Positions 1 through 11,392 of a DNA stretch of 64,000 nt are shown here, piece after piece; the stretch's first letter is position 1; each line of letters begins with the position of its first letter. Location of the stretch: the NCBI RefSeq assembly GCF_004010195.1, contig NC_057719.1:70277728-70341727 (forward strand). The letters run 5' to 3'. The notes beneath the pieces were generated by a model that was not told where the DNA came from, did not search any database, and saw only the letters and a list, made by a program, of their open reading frames with translations. The translations under genes were made by a program, and so were the position numbers. This DNA comes from Chiloscyllium plagiosum. Taxonomy: Eukaryota.

Positions 1-313
1 CCTGTCTCTCCATTCCATAAGATCAGGGCACAGGTTTAGGGTGAGAGGGGAAAGATTTAAAAGGGAACTAAGGGGCAACTTTTTCGCGCAGAACGTGATG
101 CATTTATGGAGTGAGCTGCCAGAGGAAGTGGTGGTAGCTGGTACAATTACAACATTTAAAAGACATTTGGATGGGTACATGAATAGGAAGGGTTTAGAGG
201 GCTATGGGGTAAATGCTGACAAATGGGACTAGATTAATTTAGGATATCTGGTTGACATAGACGAGTTGGACCGAAGGTTCTGTTTCCATGCTGTACATTC
301 CTATGACTCTATG
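1..313 (+). mobile_element. CR1-clade (HER1-like) LINE 3' end
   Basis: Translation RGERFKRELRGNFF...WSELPEEVVVAGTITTFKRHLDGYMNRKGLEGYG is the CR1 ORF2 C-terminus. The 3' UTR ends in CTATGACTCTATG repeats. Confidence 0.85.
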
Positions 314-797
314 CTTGATCTTCCACAGGGCTCAATTCCTCTTTCATGTCAGCTCCTCATAGCCCTCAACTCCTTGATATTTCAGAAATCCATTTATCCA
401 TTTCATTTTGTGTATTTTCACTGTTCTGTCCTCCATAAATCCAGACACAAAGTTTTCAAAATAATATTGTTGAGGAAGAAAATTTAGTGGTAACTGAGAA
501 AAAGCATTGTGTGGTCCATCATATGTAGGTCACATGATGATACTGCGTATTGATGACAGGGCTATTTAGCAGGACATGAAGACAAAAAAATGCTGTTGTA
601 TGCATATCATACCAAGAGGGGGCAGAATTAAGGATATTAATACAACTCAGCAAGATGGCAGCGATTCTGTAGAACTGCTGTGGACAGCTCTGCCTAACAG
701 CCAAAGCATATTGGTGTTTTTTGCCATCCCTGGTCAACTTATGTGGTGGAATTATTAGTTTAAAACCTGACAGAACACATATTTGGGAGTGGGAAGG

Positions 798-1676
798 ATG
801 CCAAAGAGAAAAGGATTGAGCAAACAGAAGCAGGGAGGACACTCTTCCACAGCACCAGGCATACCAGAGACAGCAGCAACAGCAGCCTCTTCTGAACCCC
901 ACCCCAGAGACCTGACAGACTCACAGGAATTGGCTGCAGCGATAGAGAGACTTATCTTGAAAGTTGGGGCTGCGATTGAGGAGATGCGTGGGGAGATTCG
1001 TGCCCAGGTCCAACCTATCACATCCATGCTGCAGAAGCATGAGCAGGAGATCCAGGGCCTTGGGGAGAGGCTGGAGGAGGTGGAGAGTCAAACTAAGGCC
1101 TTGGAAGCTGCGATGGAGTCCTCATCCAGTCAGATCCAGGTGCTGGAGCGAGAGGTGGGGGCCTTGTGAGACCATATTGACGACCTTGAAAACAGAGTTC
1201 AGAGGATAAGTCTCCAAATTGTTGGGCTCCCTGAAGGTGAGGAAGATGAGTAGCCAGTCAGTTTCTTTGAAAGCTGGCTGCCAAAGCTTTTGGGCCTTCA
1301 CATCGAGTCCAGCAGGCTGCAGATTGAAAGGGCTTATCGGGTTACAGCGCATAGGTCAGGCCCAGTGCAGCACCCCCGCTCGGTCCGAGTGCACTTCCAC
1401 TCATATAAGCACAAGCGAAAAGTGATAGAAGCTTCTAGATTACTGGGAAATGATCCACAGGCACTGTTGTACAAAGGGTCAAAAATCATGTTTCTCCAGG
1501 ATTTCTCGGCAGCTTTAATTCGAAAGAGAAGTCCTGTGATGAAGTTAAAGAGGCTGAGGAACCTGGGCATCTCCTTCATGAGATACCCCGCAGTGCTCTG
1601 TTTCAGCCATGAGGACTCAGTTTATACATTTTTTAGCTTTATCCACTGAATCAACTTTGTGGACACTTTAAAATAG
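798..1676 (+). pseudogene. L1 ORF1p (coiled coil + RRM/CTD, Transposase_22-like), disrupted
   Basis: MPKRKG..., coiled-coil heptads, DHIDDLENR..., IVGLPEGEE, LQIERAYRV, IMFLQDFSAAL, RYPAVL. Contains an in-frame stop at 1167-1169 and frameshifts. Confidence 0.85.
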
Positions 1677-2261
1677 ATTGACTGGCCTGAAGAATATGGT
1701 TAATGTTTGCTCTCTTTTCCTTCTTTCCCCATGTTTTCCCTTTTTTATCCTTCCTCTCCTTCTCCCTAATAATTTCTTTTTTGGAAAGGGGGAAAAAACT
1801 TGGAATGAGTTGTTCCTTTTTTTAGTAACTGGATTTTTTAATGCAAAATTTTGTGGATGTTTTTTGTTGTCTCCACCTTTTTTTTGTTTGTTCTGTTTCT
1901 CTTTTAGTCACAAATAGGGGTGACATGTAGCCAGGGATGGGTGGAGTGCTCATCATGACTTTGTCTTATTTCTGTTGATTTAAGAATCATCTCCCTGTTT
2001 TTTTTCTGGCCTAAAGCTGGGGCACGGTCTGGGTTTGAAGGAGCTGTGAAGGAGGGGATGGGTAGGGTGAAGTGTCTTCCATTCAAGATTTTATATTTGG
2101 TTTTCTTTGTAATTGTTTGGTAGTAATAGTTGTTTATAGTTATGATAGAGTAGTTTTTTGTATATATAATTCTTCCACTCCATGAGTCTTCATTTACTTA
2201 TGCTCAGCACTTTGTAAGCAGAGTTCTCCCTCCCAGGGCTTCAAGGGTTTATGAAAGGGAT

Positions 2262-5200
2262 ATGGCTAAGTGACTTAAGTGGTGCACCTGGAACATCAAG
2301 GGAAGTCATTCATCTGTTAAAAGGGAAAAAGTGCTTTCTCGCCTTAAGAGAGAAAGGATTGATATCGCTTTGTTGCAGGAAACCCATCTTGATGATGAGG
2401 AACACCTGAAATTACAACAGGGGGTTATGACTGGGTATTCTTTTCATCCTTTACTACTAAAAATAGGGGAGTGGCGGTACTTCTCCAGAAAAATCTTCAC
2501 ATTATTAGAGCAGGTGAAAGATGAGCGGGGACTGTTTGTGATACTTAAAGCCCTGATACATGGGGAGGAGTATGGCATTTTAAATGTCTATTGTCCTCCG
2601 GCGCATCCCCTCAAATGTTTGATTAGTTCTTTCTCTAAGCTGAGTGCTTTTGGAACATGGCACATTATTATAGGGGGGGATTTTAATTGTCTTTTGGATC
2701 CGACATTGGACAGGATGCCTTGTGGGGCCGCCAACTATTTCTTCGCAGGCCAAGCAGGTGACTGACTTATGCGAGGAGTTGAGGCTGGTGGATATTTGGA
2801 GATGTCTTCACCCTACTGGCAGGGCCTGACCTTTTCTTCAAACCCACATAAATGTCACACTAGGATTCATCATTTTCTGGCGCTTGGCCCTCCTGTATTC
2901 GATTATGGATTGTAACATTAGGAATATAGCTAACTCTGATCACGTGGTGATATTTTTGGAAGTTAAGGCCAAGAGTGAGTGGTTAGGTTTGCAGCGCTGG
3001 CATTTGAACCCTTTTCTCCTTAAGGATTCTAAATTTGTGGAATATTTTTTGAAGGAATTTCAGGAATTCTTGACTATCAACTCAGGCATGGCTAGTAGTC
3101 CGTCTATGCTATGGGAGACTACTAAAGCCTTTGCTAGGGGATTAGCTATTTCCTATTCAGCTATCCAGAAATGACCAAAGGAGGAACAGCAGCGTCTACT
3201 TGAGACACGGTTGAAAGCTGCCGAGCTGGCACATTTTGCGTGGCCTTCGGTGACTAAGCTACAGCGGATCACGGCCCTCTGGGCTGCCTTGAATTCAATA
3301 CTGACACAAAACGCAAAGAAACAACTTGCTTTTGCTAGACAAAGGCTGTTCGAATATGGGGATAGGTCAGGGAAATATTTAGCATACCTGACGAGGAAAA
3401 AGCGTGCTCCCCAATCCATTACTGCAATCAGAGACAGCGTCGGGGTCCTTACATATTATGCTGAAAAAGTTAATGAAGCTTTTCAGAGCTTTTACTCTGA
3501 ATTGTATCAGTCTGAAAGTTGCAAGGACAGGAGAGCTAAAATGGAGACCTTTTTTAAGAACCTGGACCTCCCAGAGGTAACCTTGGAACAGGCCTCTCTC
3601 CTTAATGCCCTCTTGACAGTTCAGAAAATACAGGAGACAACTAGGCAACTTCAGAGTGGGATAACACCTGGCCCTGCTGGTCTCCTGGGTGAGTTTTATA
3701 AGGAGTTTATAGGGTCTCTGTCAGGGCCGATGTTGGAGATGTACAATCACTCCTACATGCATGAATGCCTACCACCATCTCTGAGAGAAGTTAATATTTC
3801 CTTAATTCTTAAGGGGAATGTTCCTGAGGATTGTGCCTCATACAGGCTCATCTCTCTATTAAATTCAGATTTCAAGATTCTGTTCCAAGGTCCTGGCGCT
3901 GAGATTGGAAAGGGTGTTGTCCCATATTATTAAAGAGGACCAGACAGGCTTTATAAGGGGCTGTAGGTCCTCTAATAACATTAGAAGGTTGCTGACTATG
4001 GTCCAAGTTTGTCAGCAACGATCGATTCAGGGGTTGATGATTTCCTTAGATGCAGAGAAAGCATTTGACAGGGTAGAATGGCCGCATCTTTTTTATGTCT
4101 TAGAACAGTTTGGGTTGGGTGGGGTCTTTGCTAAGTGTGTGGAGATTTTAAATCGCCACCCTCTGGCCGCAGTCATCACTAACTGGGTGAAGTCTTGGAA
4201 TTTTAGGATTGGTAGGGATATTTGGCAAGGACACCCCCTCTCACCGTTGTTGTTTATGTTGGTGATAGAGCCGCTGGCAGAGGCCTTTCATCAGAACATC
4301 TACAGAACTGCTTTGGAAGTGGGATCGAGGACACACAAGATTACACTGTATGCGGATGATGTCCTTCTGTTTTTATCAAACCCAATGACCTCCGTATTCC
4401 ATTTGACACAATGTATCAATTCATTTGGGGCAATTTCAGGATATAAGATTAACTTTGCAAAATCGGAGGCTCTGCCTTTGGGAAACCTCAAGGGTGTGCC
4501 AGAAGTTGAAGGTGGTCCTAATTTCCCTTTTAAGTGGTCACGGGCAGGGTTCCGATACCTAGGCATTTTTATTACCCCCAAGTTTGATCTGTTATTTCGG
4601 ACTAACTTTGCTCACTTACTCAACAATATTAGGCAAGATCTTCAGAGATGGGAGGCTCTTCCAATTTCATGGCTGGGCCGAATATCTCTCATTAAGATGA
4701 ATGTCCTTCCTCGTTTGCTTTATCCCATGCTTATGCTCCCTACAATGTTTCCCAGGTCAATACTGCGGAACCTTATGGGGTGGTTTGGTTCCTTTGTCTG
4801 GCATCGTGGGCAGCCTCTCATCAAACTTACTAAATTACAGTTGCCTCATGGAGGGGGAGGAGTTGATTTCCCAGACATCAGGTTAGGTGGGCTTGGATCG
4901 GCGCAACATCGAGGGCCAAAGGGCCTGTACTGCGCTGTATTCTTCTATGTAACGATCCAAACACAATATGGCTGGATATTGAGGCCTCCCAGGCAAAGTG
5001 CTCTCTTATTAACCTGTTATTCATGGAAAAGATGAGGACATTTATGGACAACTGCTGGAACCCCATTGTCATTAGTACAGTCAAGGCATAGAGGGTGATG
5101 CATCAGAGTAGAGTTGCTTATCCAAGACTTACGCCTATAATTGGTGTGCAAGGCTTCTGACCAGGGATGATGGACTCAGGGTTCAAACTATGGGCAGCCT
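2262..5200 (+). pseudogene. L1 ORF2p (APE endonuclease + reverse transcriptase), disrupted
   Basis: EN motifs TWNIKG, ALLQETHL, NVYCP, GGDFN, SDH. RT motifs YRLISLLNSDFKI, DQTGFI, SLDAEKAFDRVEW, QGHPLSPLLF, LYADD, YLGI. Multiple frameshifts and stops. Confidence 0.92.
4883..4950 (+). mobile_element. Very short CR1-type LINE 3' tail inserted in L1 ORF2
   Basis: ggcgcaacatcgagggccaaagggcctgtactgcgctgta..ttctatgt matches the reverse complement of the CR1 tail at about 8077-8135. L1 coding sequence resumes afterwards (NDPNTIWLDIEASQAK). Confidence 0.8.
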
Positions 5201-8075
5201 AGTTTGCAATGTGGCATACACGACAGCTAAAACTACATGGCCAGCTTGTCACTTCTAGGTGAGCAGAGGAAGGTGTCCTTCAATCAAATAAGGCACTTAG
5301 TGCTTGGGTGAGGGGCTGGCAGCAGGAAGGTCATGGGAGCCAATGAGAGACATCACCCCACTCTTGCTCCCGACACTGCTTCCCTTGTATTTCTCAGCCT
5401 TCAAAAACATCCCACATGCCCCACATATTACTCACATATGACCTAGATTGCTCTGTGATTCTTAGGTTCTAATTCTTGCCTTTCCGAAAGCTACCATGCT
5501 GTGATACTGCTGAGCACATGAGCTTCTGGCCTCTGGCTGGCTGGCAGTCCTGAGGAGGTGAGGTTTCCACTCACAAAGTTTTGATTTCAGGGAAAGGCCT
5601 GGCTTGCTACTCCCTCGATTGGTTTGTTATTCAGCATGCCTTCCAGTAAAGAGGCACTGCTGGCAAATCATTGTTTCTGCAATAGCTGGCAAACAGGATC
5701 TTTAACATATTAGCAAACCTTTTGAGAAATTTGATTATTGAGTTCACTGGCATGAAGGAAATTAAAGGCATATTCTGGGTTTTGAATTGTCCTATTAGCT
5801 ATTAACTCATTCCCCAACAGTGCCATGACTGTGAAGTTGCCTCTCTTAAACGATTTTCCTTATCAGATTCTTCATAAGACCTCCCTCAAAGGCTCTGACC
5901 ACCTTGATATCTATAGGTAAACTTTCGAGAGACCTTGAGATGGAGCATGTCTGGATGCTGCCGTCTCTCCACTGCCGTCTCTTTCAGTATCTGCATTGAT
6001 TGCACAAAAGCCTGAAAGTAACCAGAAACGGGCTTTGGACCTTACAGAGATCAAGAGAAAGAAGTGAACACACAGCTGCTATCCTCACATCCTTTTTGTG
6101 CATGAGAAAAGCCCATCAGGAAAAGCACCAGATCATTGCAAGAGAAATGTACTTATGGGAAGAAATCTCTGTGTTTGGAAAGAATCAATTTGACAGTGAC
6201 AGATTGGATATCGGTGCAATCAAGGAGATTTGGCTATAGCCTACATTTTGTACAAATTCATTTTAAATTTGCAAGCAGCTCAGGTTTCTTCCCAGTAGAC
6301 GGAATTCTGGTGGCAACTTGGGATTGGGACGGATTCACTGTTGGTTTCTTGTGGATTATTTTGAAAATCAAAGCTGGATGCACAGGATAAGATCACCCAG
6401 AGAAAGTTTCAATCAGGAAACTTCAAAAAATTGCTTCAGTGATGAAAATCTCCACTGGCATCGGGAAGCAGTGTAACTGCCTGGATTGAGATAGCCTCCT
6501 GGCAACAGAACAAGGTCTATCCCTCCAGGCAGGGCGACAAGGGGCTGACCCTGCATGCCTAGCTTCATACTCAGGCCCAGGCCAACCTGGGGTTTCACAG
6601 GGGTGGTCCAGACACTGAATGTTAAAGAAGTTAGAGGGAAAAGGCTCCTCTATTTGGAACATTTTCTGTCTTAGTTACCTGAGGAGGGCATCCTCCCTGC
6701 TTCTGGAGGGCCTTGACCTACTCCACCTTCAGGAGCCTAGCTCCTATCTTTAATTGCGTGCCACACGTGCCCAGTGCGATTAATTGACCAATTTCAGAAC
6801 ATTCCAACTGAGTGACTGTTCCCACACAATTGTTACACCAATATTGCAATTGTGAAAGCTTTAATCTGTCTAACACTGAAGTCTAGATGCAGCTAATGAT
6901 GACTTAAGATTTATTGAGGCGATCTAAATACAAATACTCCGTGGCAGAAATCTTGTGGAGGAAATTAGTTGCAAATAGAGGACCCCGATTAAATATTCTG
7001 GGAAAAGACGCATAAAACAAGTTGTAGGTGAGCTTCTTGTGTGAGAGGACATGTGCACCACCCCGCTACCTCTCAGCCTATCCACACATAAACAAATTAT
7101 TAGGTCTGTAAGTGGCACACCCTGCACCTTGTCACCCTACAAGATGAAAATTTCCTGTGCCCCTCGAAGCCAATTTTCTGTTGATGTTATCAGCATGCAA
7201 CCTTGTAACAAGGATATTCAAAACATCAACAAAAACAGAGAAGCACAAACATCAATCAAAATTATTTGCAGTGGTTTAATTTTTAAAGAGTTGCTGATAC
7301 TGAGACTTTTTGGCAGTGATCAAATATTTCTGTTGTGACTGAGGCACCATTAATATTAATCATAAGACATTCACCAGTTGGAAGTTATTTTTGAAACTGC
7401 TTCAAGGGAGCTAACTGGAATGACCCTACACTAATGTTTACATAAGAGTGATATGGAGATGTGTTTCCAACTGTCGGTTATAAATAACTTCAAACTATCA
7501 CACCCAACTCTCTATCTCCTGTTTCCTATTTAAGCAGGGTGAGTTTCTGTCAATGCTGAATGGAAATAATTCCCCTTCTATTAATCCACAGATCTTAAAG
7601 TAACAGATGGGTTGGGGTTATGTTTGAGTGAGAGTTCACTTGCTGAGGAGACTTTGCTTTTCAGTGGTGCAATGAGGCCAGTAGAAATTTCCAGTTTCCA
7701 TGTACACGCGGAATTCTACATAGAACTCCATACTTTCTTGGAATTCTCCTCCATAAAGTTAACTGTTTTGTGCTTTCTTTTCATGGAGCAATCGATTGAC
7801 AAAAATGAGAATGGCTCAAATATTGTCAGCACTTAGAACATGTTTTACAGTTTTGCACATGGTGAAGATGATAGAGCAAGAAGTGCGTAGTCCACCTAAT
7901 CTTAATCCCACTGTCTCAAGCATTGGTCAACTGATTCCTCTCTGTCCAATTGGAAGGTGACCTATCCACATTGGAAAAGCAAATCAGGAATCTAAGGTGG
8001 GGCTCAGGGCAGGATAGGAGTTAGTCTCTGAACAGGAAGTCAGTCAAAGCCAATTAAAGGCTCTGCCATCTCACC

Positions 8076-8332
8076 ATAGAACATAGAACATTACAGCGCA
8101 GTACAGACCCTTTGGCCTTCAATGTTGCGCCAACCTCTGGAACCAGTCTGAAGGCCATTTATCCTACACTATTGCATTTTCATCCATATGTCTACCCAAT
8201 GACCATTTAAATGCCCTTAAAGTTGATAGGTTTACTACTGTTGCAAGCAGTGCATTCCATGCCCCTTCCACTGTGAGTAAAGAAATTACCTCTGACATCT
8301 GTACCTATATCTATCACCCCCAATTTAAAGCC
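8076..8332 (-). mobile_element. CR1-clade LINE 3' fragment
   Basis: Begins with catagaacatagaacatta (reverse complement of the TTCTATG tail), followed by CR1 C-terminal coding sequence on the minus strand. Confidence 0.8.
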
Positions 8333-9429
8333 ACATATGCTCTGCCAGCATAAAATCAGCAAAGCAAATATCCAAATGCTGCCACCTTCAGTCGAAGACT
8401 CTGTAACTCTATGCAGCTACAGTTCCATTTGTAGGGCTTTTTATTCTCTGTTCTGCTACCACCCCCTGCGCTTGGTATAACTTACTCTCAATGGTTCCGT
8501 ACAACAGCCAAAAATGGATTATGTGACAAGAAGTTGGAGTTAATAGTTCTTCAAATTCGATAGCCTTTTAATTACTTTTTAAACAAATGGTAGCTGGGCT
8601 TCCACTTGGGATGCAGGAGGGGGCAATTCTCAGCCATAAAATACAGCCCATATTCATAAATAAATAAACAAACAGTGCTCAACTTGTCTTACAAGCCCAT
8701 AGGATATCTCCACAAAGAATACCATTACAAAACTACTACCTGATATTAATTAGTGAATGCATGCTATTTCAATTAATTCAAGTGTACTTCAATTTACAAA
8801 GGACTTTCATATCTGCACACTTTAAGATTTGGCAAATTGAGGAAATTTAACTTAATTTTGAAAAATTAGTTGACTGGATTGAAAGTCTGCTTTGCCCTGG
8901 AAAGGTACAGGTGGTGATACTGAGAATTAAAGTCAGCCAAACAAGTTATGGCTTCATGTCTTAAACTACATTCAATACTGGTTCCTCATGTCTGTATTTT
9001 ACCAGTCTGATTTCAGAACCTCTTGCCTCCTGGTATTAGATCAATTTCTTCACAGTGCAGGGAGGTTTGATCACTTAATTCTGATTTTATTGCTCACTTT
9101 TACCATACTTGACAAGCTTTTTACTATTCACTTCAAAATGTCTACGACTCCCTTTGGGCTGGTGTCATTTTCAGCAACCACGTCCTTCATGTGGTATAAG
9201 TTAATTCCTTCACATCAGGCTGAAGAGATTTATAGCATTGTTATAATGGTAGGTAACATAATGGTTGTTTCAAAGGGATTCTCTGTTTTCCTAAATCTAG
9301 TTTTCAATATTGTTTCTGTGTGCATGACAGGATATCTAATCACAGTAAGGACGTTCACCATCACAAAGCTAATATTTTCTAAATTATCATGCCATTGCTT
9401 ATGTTTGCCTGAAGATTAAGGTTTAGACT

Positions 9430-10560
9430 GAAGGTTAGGTATTCTGCGGTTTTACAAATCCGTTTGAGGTACAAGGTGGGACTCAAGATGGGGACAATTG
9501 ATAGGACTAATTATTTGGAATGAACCATAGCAGGAGATGATGCCTATCATTTAAGACAAGCAGCAAGACTTGGACTATGAATAGGCATTGTAGAGTTTCC
9601 TCCACTATCACCAGCTTGGGAATCACCATTAACAGGAGATTAATTGGATTAACCAGATAATTATTGTGTCTACCATAGCAGGTCAGAGTTTGGGAGTGCA
9701 GACACGTTACTCACCACCTGATTTCTGACAGCATTTCTACAATTTCCAAGGCAAGAGTCTGTTGAGCTTTGCTTCAATCCCCTGAAGGATTGCATCTTCA
9801 ACACTTTAAGGAACATCACTTGGGACTTGGCTATCCATAATACTCAAAGCCCCATTTGCTACCTTGAACATTTAGTTCCTTCTAAATTGGTGTATGTGTC
9901 TGCAGTGTGAAACACCGGTAGGATGCACTGGGCAATTCACCAATGGCTTCTTCATCAGAGATTCCAAAACCTGTGCACCTCCCACCTTGAAGAATAAGAA
10001 CACCGGATTTGTGGCAACATTATCATTTGCAAGTTCCCTTCAGTAATGCAATACTTTAACTTGATGATTTATCACAATTCCTTCATTATCACTTGGTCAC
10101 AAGTACGGAACTGTGAGAGAATCTTTATGACATGTACCGTGGGCGGCACGGTGGCTCAGTGGTTAGCACTGTTGTCTCACAGCACCAAGGACCCGGATTC
10201 AATTTCTGCCTCAGGCGACTGTCTGTGTGGAGTTTGCACATTCTCCCCATGTCTGCGTGGGTTTCCTCTGTGTGCTCTGGTTTCCTCCCACAGTCCAAAG
10301 ATGTGCAGGTTAGGTGAATTGGCCATGCTAAATTGCCCGTAGTGTGAGGTGCATTAGTCAGGGGAAATGTAGGGGAATGGGTCTGGGTTGGTTGCTCTTT
10401 GGAGGGTCGGTGTGAACTTGTTGGGCTGAAGGGCCTGTTTCCACGCTGTAGGGAATCTAATCTAAAAGAGGTGGTTCAACAGTACCTTCTCAAGGGTAAT
10501 TAAGAGTAATCAATAAATGCTGGCTTTGTCAGCAATATCCATGTCCTGCGAATGTTCATA
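9430..10560 (+). mobile_element. Old L2/Crack-type (CR1 group) LINE 3' portion, interrupted by an HE1 SINE
   Basis: Homologous to the reverse complement of 23970-24680. The tail ...ccttctcaaggg...caataaatgctggc resumes directly after the SINE. Confidence 0.6.
10141..10464 (+). mobile_element. HE1-type V-SINE, full length
   Basis: tRNA-like head (ggtggctcagtggttagca A box; B-box-like ggattcaattt), V-domain core ggagtttgcacattctcccc...gcgtgggtttcc, HER1-like tail and AATCT repeats. Confidence 0.92.
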
Positions 10561-10602
10561 TAATTTTTTAATTAGTTTTTGATGTGTGAGTTAATTTTTG
10601 AG

Positions 10603-11392
10603 ATGTAAGGTTATGAAAAATCTTAAAATTGTTTGAACATCTGCCGGTTTAACTGTGTTACATCGAAGATGTTCTAAAAGACTGCACAGCAGAGGAAAGG
10701 TCACCATAGCAACTGGTCTGAGTTTGCCAGAGATCATTTTGAACAACTGCATATGAGTTCAGTGGAGCTCAGAGTGACGTGAAGGAAGCCAAGAAGCAGC
10801 TTTTGCTTGGTGCAGCTGCAGAGGATTGAATCTCAGAAAAAACACCAAGGATCATATCAGCTCAGTGAAGCTAACTGTTTTCAAAAGAGCTGGATTTGTG
10901 CCCCAGAATAGGTGCTGGTGAATTATCTTGGGGAATCCACTTGAACACCGCCCCAGGGGAAATGACTGAATTACATTGATGTGAGCAGTTGTTTAGGCAA
11001 TCTATGGCAAAGTGGTTTGTGAGGAAGTTATATCTTTATCTATGAAGAATTGAAATCCTTTGTAAAAGAGAGAAATGTCTGATGAGATTTGGTGGCACAC
11101 AGATGTCTTGATGGTTTGATGAGAAATTTATGGGATTTTGATCTGTCTACCTTTTTCTATTCAATGTGCTTTGTGTGCTTTTTGATCATGTTAGATCTCT
11201 CACTCATATTTACCTCATGCAAATTTTGGATGTTATTCAACTACACAATTTTAAATTTAGAAATTAAAGTTTATTTTAACATTTGTCCGAAACCATGAAA
11301 CAAGAGGTTTTATTTGCTCATTAATCCCTGGGATGTCAAACTTTGTCTACTTTAAACAAAAATATTATGGGTGCTTATACAGATCAGCATAA
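10603..11392 (+). mobile_element. Possible degraded solo LTR
   Basis: Starts TGTAAG, has an ATTAAA late in the sequence, and ends in a ...gatcagcataa stretch resembling the other LTR ends in the window. Weak. Confidence 0.25.

Larger units (their letters stand above)
760..5200 (+). mobile_element. Decayed L1-clade LINE (ORF1 + spacer + ORF2), 3'-truncated
   Basis: ORF1 and ORF2 remnants lie in tandem with L1-type motifs. Similarity is lost at about 5200, before any C-terminal CCHC region or poly(A). Confidence 0.9.

Noticed and set aside
5975..6068. Possible terminal exon (ctttcag acceptor, SALIAQKPESNQKRALDLTEIKRKK-stop)
   Set aside because: It is short, has no recognisable homology, and no upstream partner exons are visible.
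8988..9419. 143-aa hydrophobic ORF
   Set aside because: The composition reflects T-rich sequence next to a decayed LINE, with no recognisable domain or splice structure.
10141..10215. tRNA-like sequences at SINE heads
   Set aside because: They have A and B boxes but continue into the SINE body without a proper acceptor stem, so they are not tRNA genes.
10046..10342. Recurrent ORF VAQWLALL...GVCTFSPCLRGFP (also at 39507, 50226 and 53714)
   Set aside because: These are translations of HE1 SINEs, not a gene family.
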